Shown piece after piece: positions 52,418 to 61,643 of a stretch of DNA of 64,000 bases (the first letter of the stretch is position 1; each line of letters starts with the position of its first letter). A program made the translations under genes and the position numbers. The DNA is taken from the NCBI GenBank assembly GCA_965217115.1, contig OZ244239.1, forward strand, positions 1,120,001 to 1,184,000, read 5' to 3'. Origin of the DNA: Bdellovibrionales bacterium. Its GTDB lineage: Bacteria; Bdellovibrionota; Bdellovibrionia; Bdellovibrionales; CAYMLA01. The notes under the pieces were generated by a model. The model worked only from the letters and a program-made list of their open reading frames with translations. It searched no databases and was not told where the DNA came from.

Positions 52418-52742
52418 GGTTGTCTCCTCTGCCAACTATTTGAAATAATTAATAAAACTTAGTAACCACAAGAACCTGCCAAGCCTCTAGCCTCTACCCA
52501 AGCCCACTGATATCCATGGAAATAGACTCTAAGTGGTCCCATTGGGCGCAAGTTTTTTAACCACAAGCACTCTGACCGTCTCCCAAGAATCCGTACCACT
52601 TTTAAAGTGTATTATGATAGATTACCTTCAATCCAAAAAAGTTCGAAATTGGACTGAGGGTTATTTCTATTACTAACTAAATAGAGGTAAAATGAAACTG
52701 GTCAAAATCAATGTTGGTTCTATTTCTAGCTAAGAGGTTTTT

Positions 52743-54059
52743 ATGGAAATAGCAGTTATAGGCACAGGGTATGTTGGACTAGTAACAGGGGCATGTTTCG
52801 CGAGTATTGGTCATTCTGTAACCTGTGTAGATAACAATCAGGAAAAAATAGCTAATATCAATAATGGACATATTCCTATATATGAACCTGGATTAAAAGA
52901 CCTATTGAAAGTAGTTCGTGTGCGGATGAAGTTTACAGAAGAATTTGTTCAAACAGTGAAAGACCATAATGTGATTTTTTTAGCAATTGGAACTCCCGAG
53001 AGAAGTGAAGGTGGAGTTGATATAGAAGCGTTAATGGTAGTAATGAGAAGTATTGCTGCTAATGCAAATAGCAAGAAATTTGTGATTTTGAAGAGCACTG
53101 TCCCTATTGGCACTGCCGAAAAAATGAAAACGTTTTTTACACAAAATTGCCTTTATGAAATAGAGGTTATTAGTAATCCTGAATTTTTAAAAGAAGGAAT
53201 GGCGGTTAATGATTTTCTACACCCAGACCGTGTGGTGATTGGTTGTCACACTGAGAAAGCTCGTAAGCTTATGGTAGAGATTTATACTCCTTTTGTTAGA
53301 AATCATAATCCAATTATTTTTATGAGCAATACTGCAGCAGAAATGACAAAATACGCAACCAATGCGTTTTTGTCAGTGAAGATTAGTTTTATTAATGAAC
53401 TGGCTCTTTTGGCTGACAAAGTGGGGGCAGATATCAATGATGTTCGTCAGGGGTTTACATCGGATAGACGTATTAACAGTTCTTTTTTTCACCCTGGAGT
53501 TGGTTTTGGAGGGAGCTGTCTTTCAAAAGATATTCATGAGTTACTCTTTACAGGGCAGAAGTTTGATCTACCCATTCGTACTGTGCAGGCAGCTGATGAG
53601 GTGAATAGCCGTCAAAAACTAATTCTGGCTCAAAAGGTTAAAGAGCATTTTGGTTCGAACTTACGTGGAAAGACTCTGGCTATCTGGGGGCTGAGTTTTA
53701 AGCCGCAAACGGATGATTTAAGAGGAGCTCCAGCGATACTCATCATCAAAGAATTGTTACAGGCAGGAGCGAAAATCAGAGCAACGGACCCGGTTGCAAT
53801 AGAGGCGGCAAAAGCGGTTTTTGAAGATGAAATCCAAGTATTTTCAGACCCCATAGATTCTTTAGATGGAGCAGATGCTTTATTAATACTTACGGAGTGG
53901 AGTGAATTTCATAATCCTGATTTTTCTTTGATGAAAGAAAAGATGAAGGAGCCTGTGATATTTGATGGACGTAATATTTTTAACCCAGCTAAAATGAATA
54001 AAGAAGGCTTCATCTATTACTGCATAGGAAGGAACGTACTATGTCAAAAAAAATCTTAG
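52743..54059 (+). CDS. ugd: UDP-glucose 6-dehydrogenase
   Basis: IGTGYVGL, KSTVPIGT, SNPEFLKEG, GFGGSCLSKD (catalytic Cys), GLSFKPQTDD, DGRN. Confidence 0.95.
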   Translation: MEIAVIGTGYVGLVTGACFASIGHSVTCVDNNQEKIANINNGHIPIYEPGLKDLLKVVRVRMKFTEEFVQTVKDHNVIFLAIGTPERSEGGVDIEALMVVMRSIAANANSKKFVILKSTVPIGTAEKMKTFFTQNCLYEIEVISNPEFLKEGMAVNDFLHPDRVVIGCHTEKARKLMVEIYTPFVRNHNPIIFMSNTAAEMTKYATNAFLSVKISFINELALLADKVGADINDVRQGFTSDRRINSSFFHPGVGFGGSCLSKDIHELLFTGQKFDLPIRTVQAADEVNSRQKLILAQKVKEHFGSNLRGKTLAIWGLSFKPQTDDLRGAPAILIIKELLQAGAKIRATDPVAIEAAKAVFEDEIQVFSDPIDSLDGADALLILTEWSEFHNPDFSLMKEKMKEPVIFDGRNIFNPAKMNKEGFIYYCIGRNVLCQKKS

Positions 54060-54988
54060 TGGCTGGAGGAGCTGGCTTTATTGGAAGTCACTTATGTGAA
54101 TGGTTGTTGGATAAAGGGGATCAAGTTACGGCCATAGACAGCTTAGTAACGGGAAGTAAGAAAAATCTAGAACATTTATTTTCAAAAGGTCTAAAGTTTA
54201 TTAAGCAAGATGTGATCAAACCTTTTTTTTTGAACGAAAAATTTGATCAAATTTATAATTTAGCATCTCCGGCATCCCCAAAAAGCTTTGACAAGATGTC
54301 TCTTTATATTTTACGTGCAGGATCTATAGGTCACGAAAATTTATTAATTAAATCTAAGGAGTGGGGGGCAAGAATTTTATTTGCTAGCACTAGTGAGATT
54401 TATGGTGACCCTCTAGTTCATCCACAAAAAGAGACTTATTTTGGTAATGTAAACAGCATAGGAAGTCGAAGTTGTTATAATGAGGCTAAGCGCTATAGTG
54501 AGGCCTTAACGGTTTGTTACTCACAGGATTTTGGAGTTGAAACACGTATTGCACGTATTTTTAATACTTATGGCCCACGAATGGACTTGCAAGATGGACG
54601 AATTCTGCCCAATTTTTTCTCTCAAGCTTTAAATCTTCAGCCGTTAACAATTTATGGGAATGGATATCAAACTCGAAGTTATTGTTATGTGATGGATATA
54701 GTGAAGGGTTTGCATTTACTTATGAATAGCAATGAAAGTCGTCCTGTAAATTTAGGTAACTCCTTGGAGAAGACAGTTTTGGAGATAGCTGATCTTGTAA
54801 GTAAATTAACAAGGAATAATCAACCATACCTTTTTCTTCCTTTACCAGAGGATGACCCTAAGCAACGTTGTCCAGATATAACTCGAGCGAAAGAGGTTTT
54901 AGGGTGGGAGCCTAAAGTTGAATTAAATGCGGGTTTAAAAAAAATGCATGCTTCTTACTTAAGGGGCGGTTCCCCCATCCGACTGTAA
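54041..54988 (+). CDS. UDP-glucuronate decarboxylase (UDP-xylose synthase)
   Basis: GGAGFIGSHL, LASPASP, STSEIYGDP, CYNEAKR, RIFNTYGPRM, DDPKQRCPDI; last codons lie within the IS end. Confidence 0.9.
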   Translation: MSKKILVAGGAGFIGSHLCEWLLDKGDQVTAIDSLVTGSKKNLEHLFSKGLKFIKQDVIKPFFLNEKFDQIYNLASPASPKSFDKMSLYILRAGSIGHENLLIKSKEWGARILFASTSEIYGDPLVHPQKETYFGNVNSIGSRSCYNEAKRYSEALTVCYSQDFGVETRIARIFNTYGPRMDLQDGRILPNFFSQALNLQPLTIYGNGYQTRSYCYVMDIVKGLHLLMNSNESRPVNLGNSLEKTVLEIADLVSKLTRNNQPYLFLPLPEDDPKQRCPDITRAKEVLGWEPKVELNAGLKKMHASYLRGGSPIRL

Positions 54989-55467
54989 GCCGAAATTTGA
55001 GTCATGTGGTGTTAAGCACATAGCATAGAGTTGTCCTTCGATGCAAACTCCATTGGAGTGAGCATGCCTAAACTGCTGTGTGGGTTATAATTATTATATC
55101 TGTCGTGCCATTCATTGATCTTGTTGATACCGTCATCGAGATTAAAAAACAGGTGCTCATTTAGGCACACAGCCTGCAAACGCGAAAAGAACTGGTTTTG
55201 TATCGCTCCTTTAAATATTGCGCCTCAGTCCTTTTAGCTTTGGGCCTCACCATTTTTTTGAATTTACATCCCTTAACATTTGGCAATCTAGACTGAGATC
55301 AGCAACCAGTCTTTTAAGGCGAGTGTTTTCTTGCTCGAGTTGTCGAAGCCTTTGCGCTTTGATGATCTGTTCTTCTGTAAATCGTTTCTTCACTTGATTC
55401 TCCTTGGTGTCTTTTGACACGTCTAGACTCAAATTTCAAGTTTCTCAGTTTTTTTGAGGGAACCGCC
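54965..55467 (-). mobile_element. Internally deleted IS3-family element with both terminal inverted repeats
   Basis: Imperfect ~40-bp TIRs (GGCGGTTCCCYCA..ACTG..GAAATTTGAGTC); OrfA remnant KKRFTEEQII..LEQENTRLKRLVADLSLD; OrfB tail CLNEHLF..YNNYNPHSSLGMLTPMEF; A7 run at the OrfA end. Confidence 0.85.
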
Positions 55468-55583
55468 TTGGCGTAATTATAAATAGAAAACTCCGAACTG
55501 ATTCTAATTGCAAAGTTGCAACATTAAGTTTTATCTAAAAATTATGCCTTGTAATTATTATATATTTTTTTTAGATTGAGGAA

Positions 55584-56291
55584 ATGTCTCGATTATCTGT
55601 GATTATTCCTTGTTTAAATGAAGAAAAAGCGATTGACCCAGTACTTGATCGTTTTTTGCACTTTCAGCATCTTTTATTAGAAAAAAAAATAGTCACTTAT
55701 ATCGAATTGATTGTTGTTGATGACGGATCTTACGATAGATCAGCGGAGAAAGCTCGTACTCACAGAAGTAAGCCGATAGTGATTAAAAATCTATCAAATC
55801 TTGGCTACGGTGGCGCGATTAAAGAAGGGTTGAAGAGGGCATCAGGTGATCTTTTAGCGTTTTATGATATGGACTTCACATATGACTCTTTAGATTTGAT
55901 AGAAATGATTAAGTGTATGAATAGAGAATCAGTGGATGTGGTTTGTGGAGACCGACTTTCACATGTTAGTAAAATGCCTTTTATTCGCATGGTAGGAAAT
56001 CAATTGTTTGTTTTTACGATGAAAACACTATTTGGAAAGTCTTCTAAGGATTGCTGTACAGGTTTGAGGCTTTTTAAGGCTGGTTTGAAAGAAGAGTTTA
56101 TACAAAATTTGCCTAATGATTTAAATTATACATTGGCAATGACCATATATATGTATCAAAGAAAAATTGCTTTTAAAGAAATACCTGTTTCTTATTGTCA
56201 ACGTATTGGATGTTCAAAGCTCAGTGTTTTGACTGATGGACCGAGGTTTTTGTTTACAATTTTTTGGTATCATTTGAAAAAGTCCAATTAG
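55584..56291 (+). CDS. GT2 glycosyltransferase (DPM/DPG-synthase-like)
   Basis: LSVIIPCLNEE, VVDDGSYD, NLGYGGA, DMD, C-terminal R.G.SKL. Confidence 0.9.
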   Translation: MSRLSVIIPCLNEEKAIDPVLDRFLHFQHLLLEKKIVTYIELIVVDDGSYDRSAEKARTHRSKPIVIKNLSNLGYGGAIKEGLKRASGDLLAFYDMDFTYDSLDLIEMIKCMNRESVDVVCGDRLSHVSKMPFIRMVGNQLFVFTMKTLFGKSSKDCCTGLRLFKAGLKEEFIQNLPNDLNYTLAMTIYMYQRKIAFKEIPVSYCQRIGCSKLSVLTDGPRFLFTIFWYHLKKSN

Positions 56292-57281
56292 TTCTCCCAG
56301 AGAGTAAAAAAAATGTGTTCCTAGGTAAAGAAAGGTCAAGTAGAATAATTGATAAATAAATGATATAGGCCTTTCTTTTATTGTTTGAATAAAGCTTAAA
56401 ATAAAGATGGAAATTACGTAAAACCCGAAAGGTATGAGGAAAAGTGGGTTTTTTGAGCTTAAACCTAAGGAAGTCATCATAATAAATATAAAAGCAAGAG
56501 GGAGGGTCTTCGTAAGGGGAAATTGATCAAAAGAGTGTTTTTCCAATATTTTTATTTGACCGAATCCAAAGCGAAACATACGACGACACCATGAGGTAAA
56601 GCAATTGTCGGTGGAATGTTTTACTTGTATATATGGAGTGATAAAAAGTAAAAATCCCTTTTTACGTAATCGCAAAGAGAGATCAACGTCTTCTCCTACT
56701 CGAGAAAAAAAGGAAGAGAAATTCCCCACCTTCAAAATAAAGTCTCTTTTATAAAGCACATTAGTTGTGGGTATATGAGGCACCTCAGTGATTTTTTTAT
56801 ATCTTTTTGCTTGAGGGGAGTTAAAGTGGCCAACAAAAGTTCCTGTCATTTTTTTTAAAGATTGATAATGCATATTTATAAAAAAACGATCATCTTGCTG
56901 TGGAAATAGGTTTTGTGCACCTATACCTGCAATGTTTGTGTGTTTTTTTAAAATTTGTTGATGTGCCTGCATCATTTTTTCTAACCAATCTTTTTCTGGT
57001 AGAGCATCTGAGTCAATAAAAGCAATCCATGGAGTTTTGCATATGTTCACAGCTTGTGCTCGGTTCTCACCGAGATTGTTTTTGTCTGTTTCTATATATT
57101 GAATCTTTTGTTGAGGGAAACTTTTCTGAGTAGCGATAACCAATTGTTTTGTGTTAGATGAGTTGGCAGCATCAAAAATGAGAATTTCTTGTGCCTTGAG
57201 AGTTTGATTGGATAAGCTTAAGGAGAGAGATTTAAGGTTCCTGTCATCTTTATAGGTAACAATAGCAACTGTGATGTCCAT
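56214..57281 (-). CDS. GT2 glycosyltransferase with C-terminal TMs
   Basis: ITVAIVTY, IAFIDSD, GEDVDLSLRL, C-terminal hydrophobic helices. Confidence 0.88.
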   Translation of the reverse strand: MDITVAIVTYKDDRNLKSLSLSLSNQTLKAQEILIFDAANSSNTKQLVIATQKSFPQQKIQYIETDKNNLGENRAQAVNICKTPWIAFIDSDALPEKDWLEKMMQAHQQILKKHTNIAGIGAQNLFPQQDDRFFINMHYQSLKKMTGTFVGHFNSPQAKRYKKITEVPHIPTTNVLYKRDFILKVGNFSSFFSRVGEDVDLSLRLRKKGFLLFITPYIQVKHSTDNCFTSWCRRMFRFGFGQIKILEKHSFDQFPLTKTLPLAFIFIMMTSLGLSSKNPLFLIPFGFYVISIFILSFIQTIKERPISFIYQLFYLTFLYLGTHFFYSLGELIGLFQMIPKNCKQKPRSISQNTEL

Positions 57282-57292
57282 ATAATATAGCC

Positions 57293-58279
57293 CTACCTTT
57301 TTCGATTATGCCAATTCCAGGCTGATTGGCATATAGTTTCGATATTACTTTGCTGAGGAGACCAGTTGAGGACTTGTTTGATCTTTTGAATATTTGCCTG
57401 AGCAATAGCTGCTTCGCCAGGACGTCGAGGCTTTGTGATGGTGTTTATCTTTTTGAGAGAGATTTTCTCTAGAATATTAAGAACTGTTTTTATTGAATGA
57501 CCTTGACCAGACCCACAATTAAGAATTTGGTTTTCTTTATTTTTCTTTAAGTACTCAAGGGAAAGAAAATTGGCTCGTGCTATGTCATCTACGTGGACAA
57601 AATCGCGTACGCAAGAGTTATCGATAGTGAGATTATCGGTGCCATAAACTTCAAGAGCTATATTTTTTATAGCAGCTTGGCAAGCAATATCAATCAAGAG
57701 AGAGTACTTGTCTTTCAGTGGTCCAAGGGTTTGATCCAAGGAGGCTCCAGCTGCATTAAAGTAGCGTAAAGAGATGAAATTAAAGGGAGGATTCTTGGTC
57801 AGGAGAGATTGTTCGCTTAAGTCACGAAGAATCTGTTCTAACATAAGTTTACTGTGTCCATATGGGCTGCACGGCTGAAGAGAAGACTCTTCAATTACGG
57901 GCGATTCACATTGACCATATACGGCGCAAGAGGAAGAAAAAACAAAGTTATTTACTTTTTCATTGTAGACGGTTTCTAAAAATTTGACGGAATTTACAAT
58001 ATTATTTTGATAATATTTAAGTGTATTTGTTACGGATTCTGTGACCTTCAAGTGGGCTGCAAAGTGAATGACGGAGTCGATTTTATGTTTTTTACATATT
58101 TGAGAAATAAAATTTGAATCTTGTATTTCTCCCTCATAGAAAGGGACATTAGGAGGAAGGGTCTCTTTCTTTCCCTCACATAGATTATCGATAACTATGG
58201 GTAAAAGGCCTTTTTTTGTTAAGTACCTCACAGTATGGGAGCCAGTGTAGCCAGCTCCACCAGTTATAAGAATAGACAT
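57293..58279 (-). CDS. galE: UDP-glucose 4-epimerase
   Basis: ITGGAGYTGSH, HFAAHLKVTES, FSSS, YGHSK, LRYFNAAGA, CVRDFVHV, RRPGE; start set at MSILITGG. Confidence 0.9.
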   Translation of the reverse strand: MSILITGGAGYTGSHTVRYLTKKGLLPIVIDNLCEGKKETLPPNVPFYEGEIQDSNFISQICKKHKIDSVIHFAAHLKVTESVTNTLKYYQNNIVNSVKFLETVYNEKVNNFVFSSSCAVYGQCESPVIEESSLQPCSPYGHSKLMLEQILRDLSEQSLLTKNPPFNFISLRYFNAAGASLDQTLGPLKDKYSLLIDIACQAAIKNIALEVYGTDNLTIDNSCVRDFVHVDDIARANFLSLEYLKKNKENQILNCGSGQGHSIKTVLNILEKISLKKINTITKPRRPGEAAIAQANIQKIKQVLNWSPQQSNIETICQSAWNWHNRKR

Positions 58280-58660
58280 GTGCAACCTCGATGTCTTAGA
58301 AACAGGTTTTGTAAATAACACCGCGTGAAGTAATGTCAAGTTGACTCACCGAGGGCTTTAGTACCAGAACATAATTTCTTTTCAAACCGTACCAAATTTG
58401 ATGTCAGGAAGCATGTGTTATATCAAAGTTCTTTCGATTCTTTTCTGGACTCAATAGACTCCATTAGAGCGCGCGCGCCAAGTGAGGGGTGGGTCTCCAA
58501 TTGTTATAGCTACTAGAGTGATGCAAGTTTGACATTTAAAACTTTATTGAGTTCTAGATTTAGCTACAATCGTTCTTTTTACAAAACTTAATGCCTATCT
58601 AAAATAGCTACCATAAAATAAGTTAAGCTTTTAGAATATCTGAACAAAGGAGTTTTTTTG

Positions 58661-58894
58661 ATGGCATAGAAGAAATACACGACAATTGGATTTTTTTTTA
58701 GGACAGTGCATAACAGGGAAAAGGCTAGAGAGTTGATTTGGCGATCCAAATTTTCTGGCAAAGACTTTATCTGCCCCAACTGCAAACATGAAGAGTATTA
58801 CCAATATAGATGTGAACCCAAAATCAGGAAATGCCAAGATTGCCATTCTTTGGTGCGGATGGATGAGGCTGGGAACGGCTCTAGAAAACTCTAA
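58661..58894 (+). pseudogene. IS1595-family transposase N-terminal remnant
   Basis: AAAGGAG RBS + ATG 58661 followed by an in-frame stop and a frameshift; zinc ribbon FICPNC...RKCQDC; truncated after it. Confidence 0.6.
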
Positions 58895-59003
58895 ATTGCT
58901 ATTGAGAGTAAAGACTGGGTTGACTCGCAAGTCGTGTTTCCTGTAAAATTATTATTTATGAGCCCATTAATAAGTACGTTCTTTATATTAATACAATAAG
59001 TAC

Positions 59004-60926
59004 TTGGTGCTTTTAAAAAGTTATTATATGAAAAACATCCTTCTCTCTTTCGTTATTCCCACTCGTCATGCTAGATCTAAATCATTAGCAAGGCTTCTTG
59101 ATTCTATTGATAAAAACCCTCCTCTCGATGGATGGGAAATTATTCTTGTAGAAAATAACTCCGCGAAGCCTATTTTACATAACTCTCAAAGAAACCTTCA
59201 TTATATACACACAACAACTATCGGAGCCAATCATGCACGTAATCTAGGTATAAAAAAAACACGAGGTCAGTATATTTGTTTTCTCGATGACGATTGTGAA
59301 ATCCCCGCTTCCTTCATCCCTTATTTGAAAAAACTTATAAATAATTTTCCTAATGTCGATGCATGGGGAGGGGAATATATTTCCCCCGAATGCTTTCCTA
59401 ACTCTTTTTCATTGGCTTATTTTATTCTCTACAAAATTTGGTGGAAAAATATACTCAAATGGCAGATTCCTTTCCTTGTCGGAGGAGCTTGTATAATCAA
59501 AAAGAGTGCTCTGCAAAATATATCTTTTGAATCATCTCGACAATTTGGAGGCACAGAAATTAGTCTAATCTCTCAGCTACTCGACAATGGTTGCTCCATA
59601 AAAATCTCTTCTCATTTGCAAATTATTCATCATGTTCATATTTCTTTTAGTTCTTTTCTGCAAAAAGCCTATCTTCAAGGAAAGGGGAACCAAAATCCTG
59701 AAGCCCAATATTTTCAAGTTAAAACTCCGAAGCGTCACTGGAAAAACCAGCTCACTCAAGACTCTCTTTATCTAAAAGAACCGTTATCTATTCGTTTGAC
59801 CTTAAAGCCGTTACTTTACCTTTACCAATTTGTCTTCGACTATGGATTTTATGGGTCCTTTTTTAAGATTTTTGTTCGTCGCTGTGAGCCATTTTTTCAA
59901 ATGTATCTAACTTTTATTATGCGACTATTACAGTTATTTCAAACCTTATTACATAATTTAAAAGTAATACCTGCAAAAGGATATCACTCAACAATAGTCG
60001 TTCTTATGCGATTATCACAGTTGTTTCAAACTCTAACTTATAATTTAAAAGTAACATCATCCAATTTTGCACATAAAGAAAAACATACTCTCTCTTCCTT
60101 CTACAGGGAATTGCATGTCTATATTTTAAACTTGAAGCAAAAAAAACACTTTATTATACCAGAAAAATCGTGGAACAAGCGTCTTTTGAGTGGATGGGAG
60201 ACGGGTGAGTTTTATAACTTAGAAGAAATAAACAACGATCATTTTTTTTACTGGCCCTCCGATGCAGAAGAGGTTTTGCCGATCTTAAAAATAAAAAATC
60301 TTTATCTAATAATTGATAAAGACATTTTTTCCAAGCTTTATACAGATTCGAACCTTACGAATGCCGTGAAACAGAAAAATAAAATCCTAATGATTGATCG
60401 TGACATTTTCAATTTACTTCACCAAAGTGATTATTTGCAATGGGCGATTAAACAAAACTTTTATTTCTTTTTTCTCTATAATAGTAGTTTTTACCAAGGA
60501 GTCTATTGTTCATCTGAAGACGTTTTTAACTTGATTTATCAACATCACAAAATGAAAAATCCACCAGAAACTCTATTAAAAATGATTGAAGGGACAAATC
60601 AGAAAACTGAACAGAATATCAATCAAATAAATGAAGTTACAACTTATAACGAAGCTTCAATTCTTTTTCAATCTTCTCTGACAAAAAGTGATTACGTATC
60701 TTTATTTCCTTATCTAGGTCCTTGGAAAAACTTGAGAAGGTGTTTTCTAACAATCAATCAAAAACGCTCATCTTTCTTTTTAATTAACCCTATTCGTCTT
60801 CTTTTTCTTATGTCTTTCTTCATTTCTTATATAAAAAAACTTCCAATAACCAAGAAATACTCCAAGATAGTAAAGAAGACCCTGCCAGCGAAGATTCTTA
60901 ATAATGACACTTCTTCCGTAAAATAA
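59004..60926 (+). CDS. GT2 glycosyltransferase with long uncharacterised C-terminal region
   Basis: LSFVIPT, GANHARNLG, ICFLDDD; internal 29-aa duplication; start may be ATG 59028. Confidence 0.82.
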   Translation: MVLLKSYYMKNILLSFVIPTRHARSKSLARLLDSIDKNPPLDGWEIILVENNSAKPILHNSQRNLHYIHTTTIGANHARNLGIKKTRGQYICFLDDDCEIPASFIPYLKKLINNFPNVDAWGGEYISPECFPNSFSLAYFILYKIWWKNILKWQIPFLVGGACIIKKSALQNISFESSRQFGGTEISLISQLLDNGCSIKISSHLQIIHHVHISFSSFLQKAYLQGKGNQNPEAQYFQVKTPKRHWKNQLTQDSLYLKEPLSIRLTLKPLLYLYQFVFDYGFYGSFFKIFVRRCEPFFQMYLTFIMRLLQLFQTLLHNLKVIPAKGYHSTIVVLMRLSQLFQTLTYNLKVTSSNFAHKEKHTLSSFYRELHVYILNLKQKKHFIIPEKSWNKRLLSGWETGEFYNLEEINNDHFFYWPSDAEEVLPILKIKNLYLIIDKDIFSKLYTDSNLTNAVKQKNKILMIDRDIFNLLHQSDYLQWAIKQNFYFFFLYNSSFYQGVYCSSEDVFNLIYQHHKMKNPPETLLKMIEGTNQKTEQNINQINEVTTYNEASILFQSSLTKSDYVSLFPYLGPWKNLRRCFLTINQKRSSFFLINPIRLLFLMSFFISYIKKLPITKKYSKIVKKTLPAKILNNDTSSVK

Positions 60927-61643
60927 TTTTTCTTTATCAAAAGATCTTTTTGCTGAACCATGTAAGACAGCCCTTAGTAAAAAACTGGTAAAACTATGAG
61001 TACTACGATGATAAACACTCAAAGATAATAAGTCCTTAAATAACCAATAATCTCTATTGCCGTACATTCTCTCCATGACCTGCAGGGCCCTGAACTCCTC
61101 ACCACCAAAGTCATCAGAATCAGGAAAAAGCGCATCAGGTAGACTTTTTCTTTCTCCGATCCAATTCCCTGCAACAAGTGATAGCCTATGGCTTTTCAAC
61201 CAAGTGTTTACAACTTCATTGTATTGGCAGCCCCAGTAAGTTGTTTTGTCGTCTGAAAGATAGCCACCGCCAAAAACTTTCAAGTTTGGATGAAGCTTTT
61301 TTTTGTTCTTGTACCAATTCTCAATTCGAGAAAGAAAAGAAGCGTGGGGTAAAACACAATCATCATCTAAAAAATAAACCAATTCCCCTTGAGCTAATGA
61401 AAGTCCGAAATTACGCGCTCTACCTACTCCGGCTTCTCCGATATCAAACACTTGAATCCAAGCCAGATTTTCAGGTAATTTTGAACACAGACCTTTATAG
61501 CCATTTACTATAACGAAAACCTCTATGCGAAAATGAGGGTGCTTTTGTTCACAAATAGATAGAAGGCATGCTCTAAGACCTGGGCAACCTAAGTCTCTAG
61601 TTGGAATGACAATGGATATTAAATTTTTATCCAAGGAAACCAT
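60780..61643 (-). CDS. GT2 glycosyltransferase
   Basis: ISIVIPTR, GVGRARNFG, VYFLDDD. Confidence 0.85.
   Translation of the reverse strand: MVSLDKNLISIVIPTRDLGCPGLRACLLSICEQKHPHFRIEVFVIVNGYKGLCSKLPENLAWIQVFDIGEAGVGRARNFGLSLAQGELVYFLDDDCVLPHASFLSRIENWYKNKKKLHPNLKVFGGGYLSDDKTTYWGCQYNEVVNTWLKSHRLSLVAGNWIGERKSLPDALFPDSDDFGGEEFRALQVMERMYGNRDYWLFKDLLSLSVYHRSTHSFTSFLLRAVLHGSAKRSFDKEKLFYGRSVIIKNLRWQGLLYYLGVFLGYWKFFYIRNEERHKKKKTNRVN

Noticed and set aside
52521..58483. Short similarities AATAGACTC..CCATT..GCGC..CAAGT (52521 vs 58453) and CCGTACCA (52591 vs 58387)
   Set aside because: Too short, gapped and in different order to call a repeat without statistics
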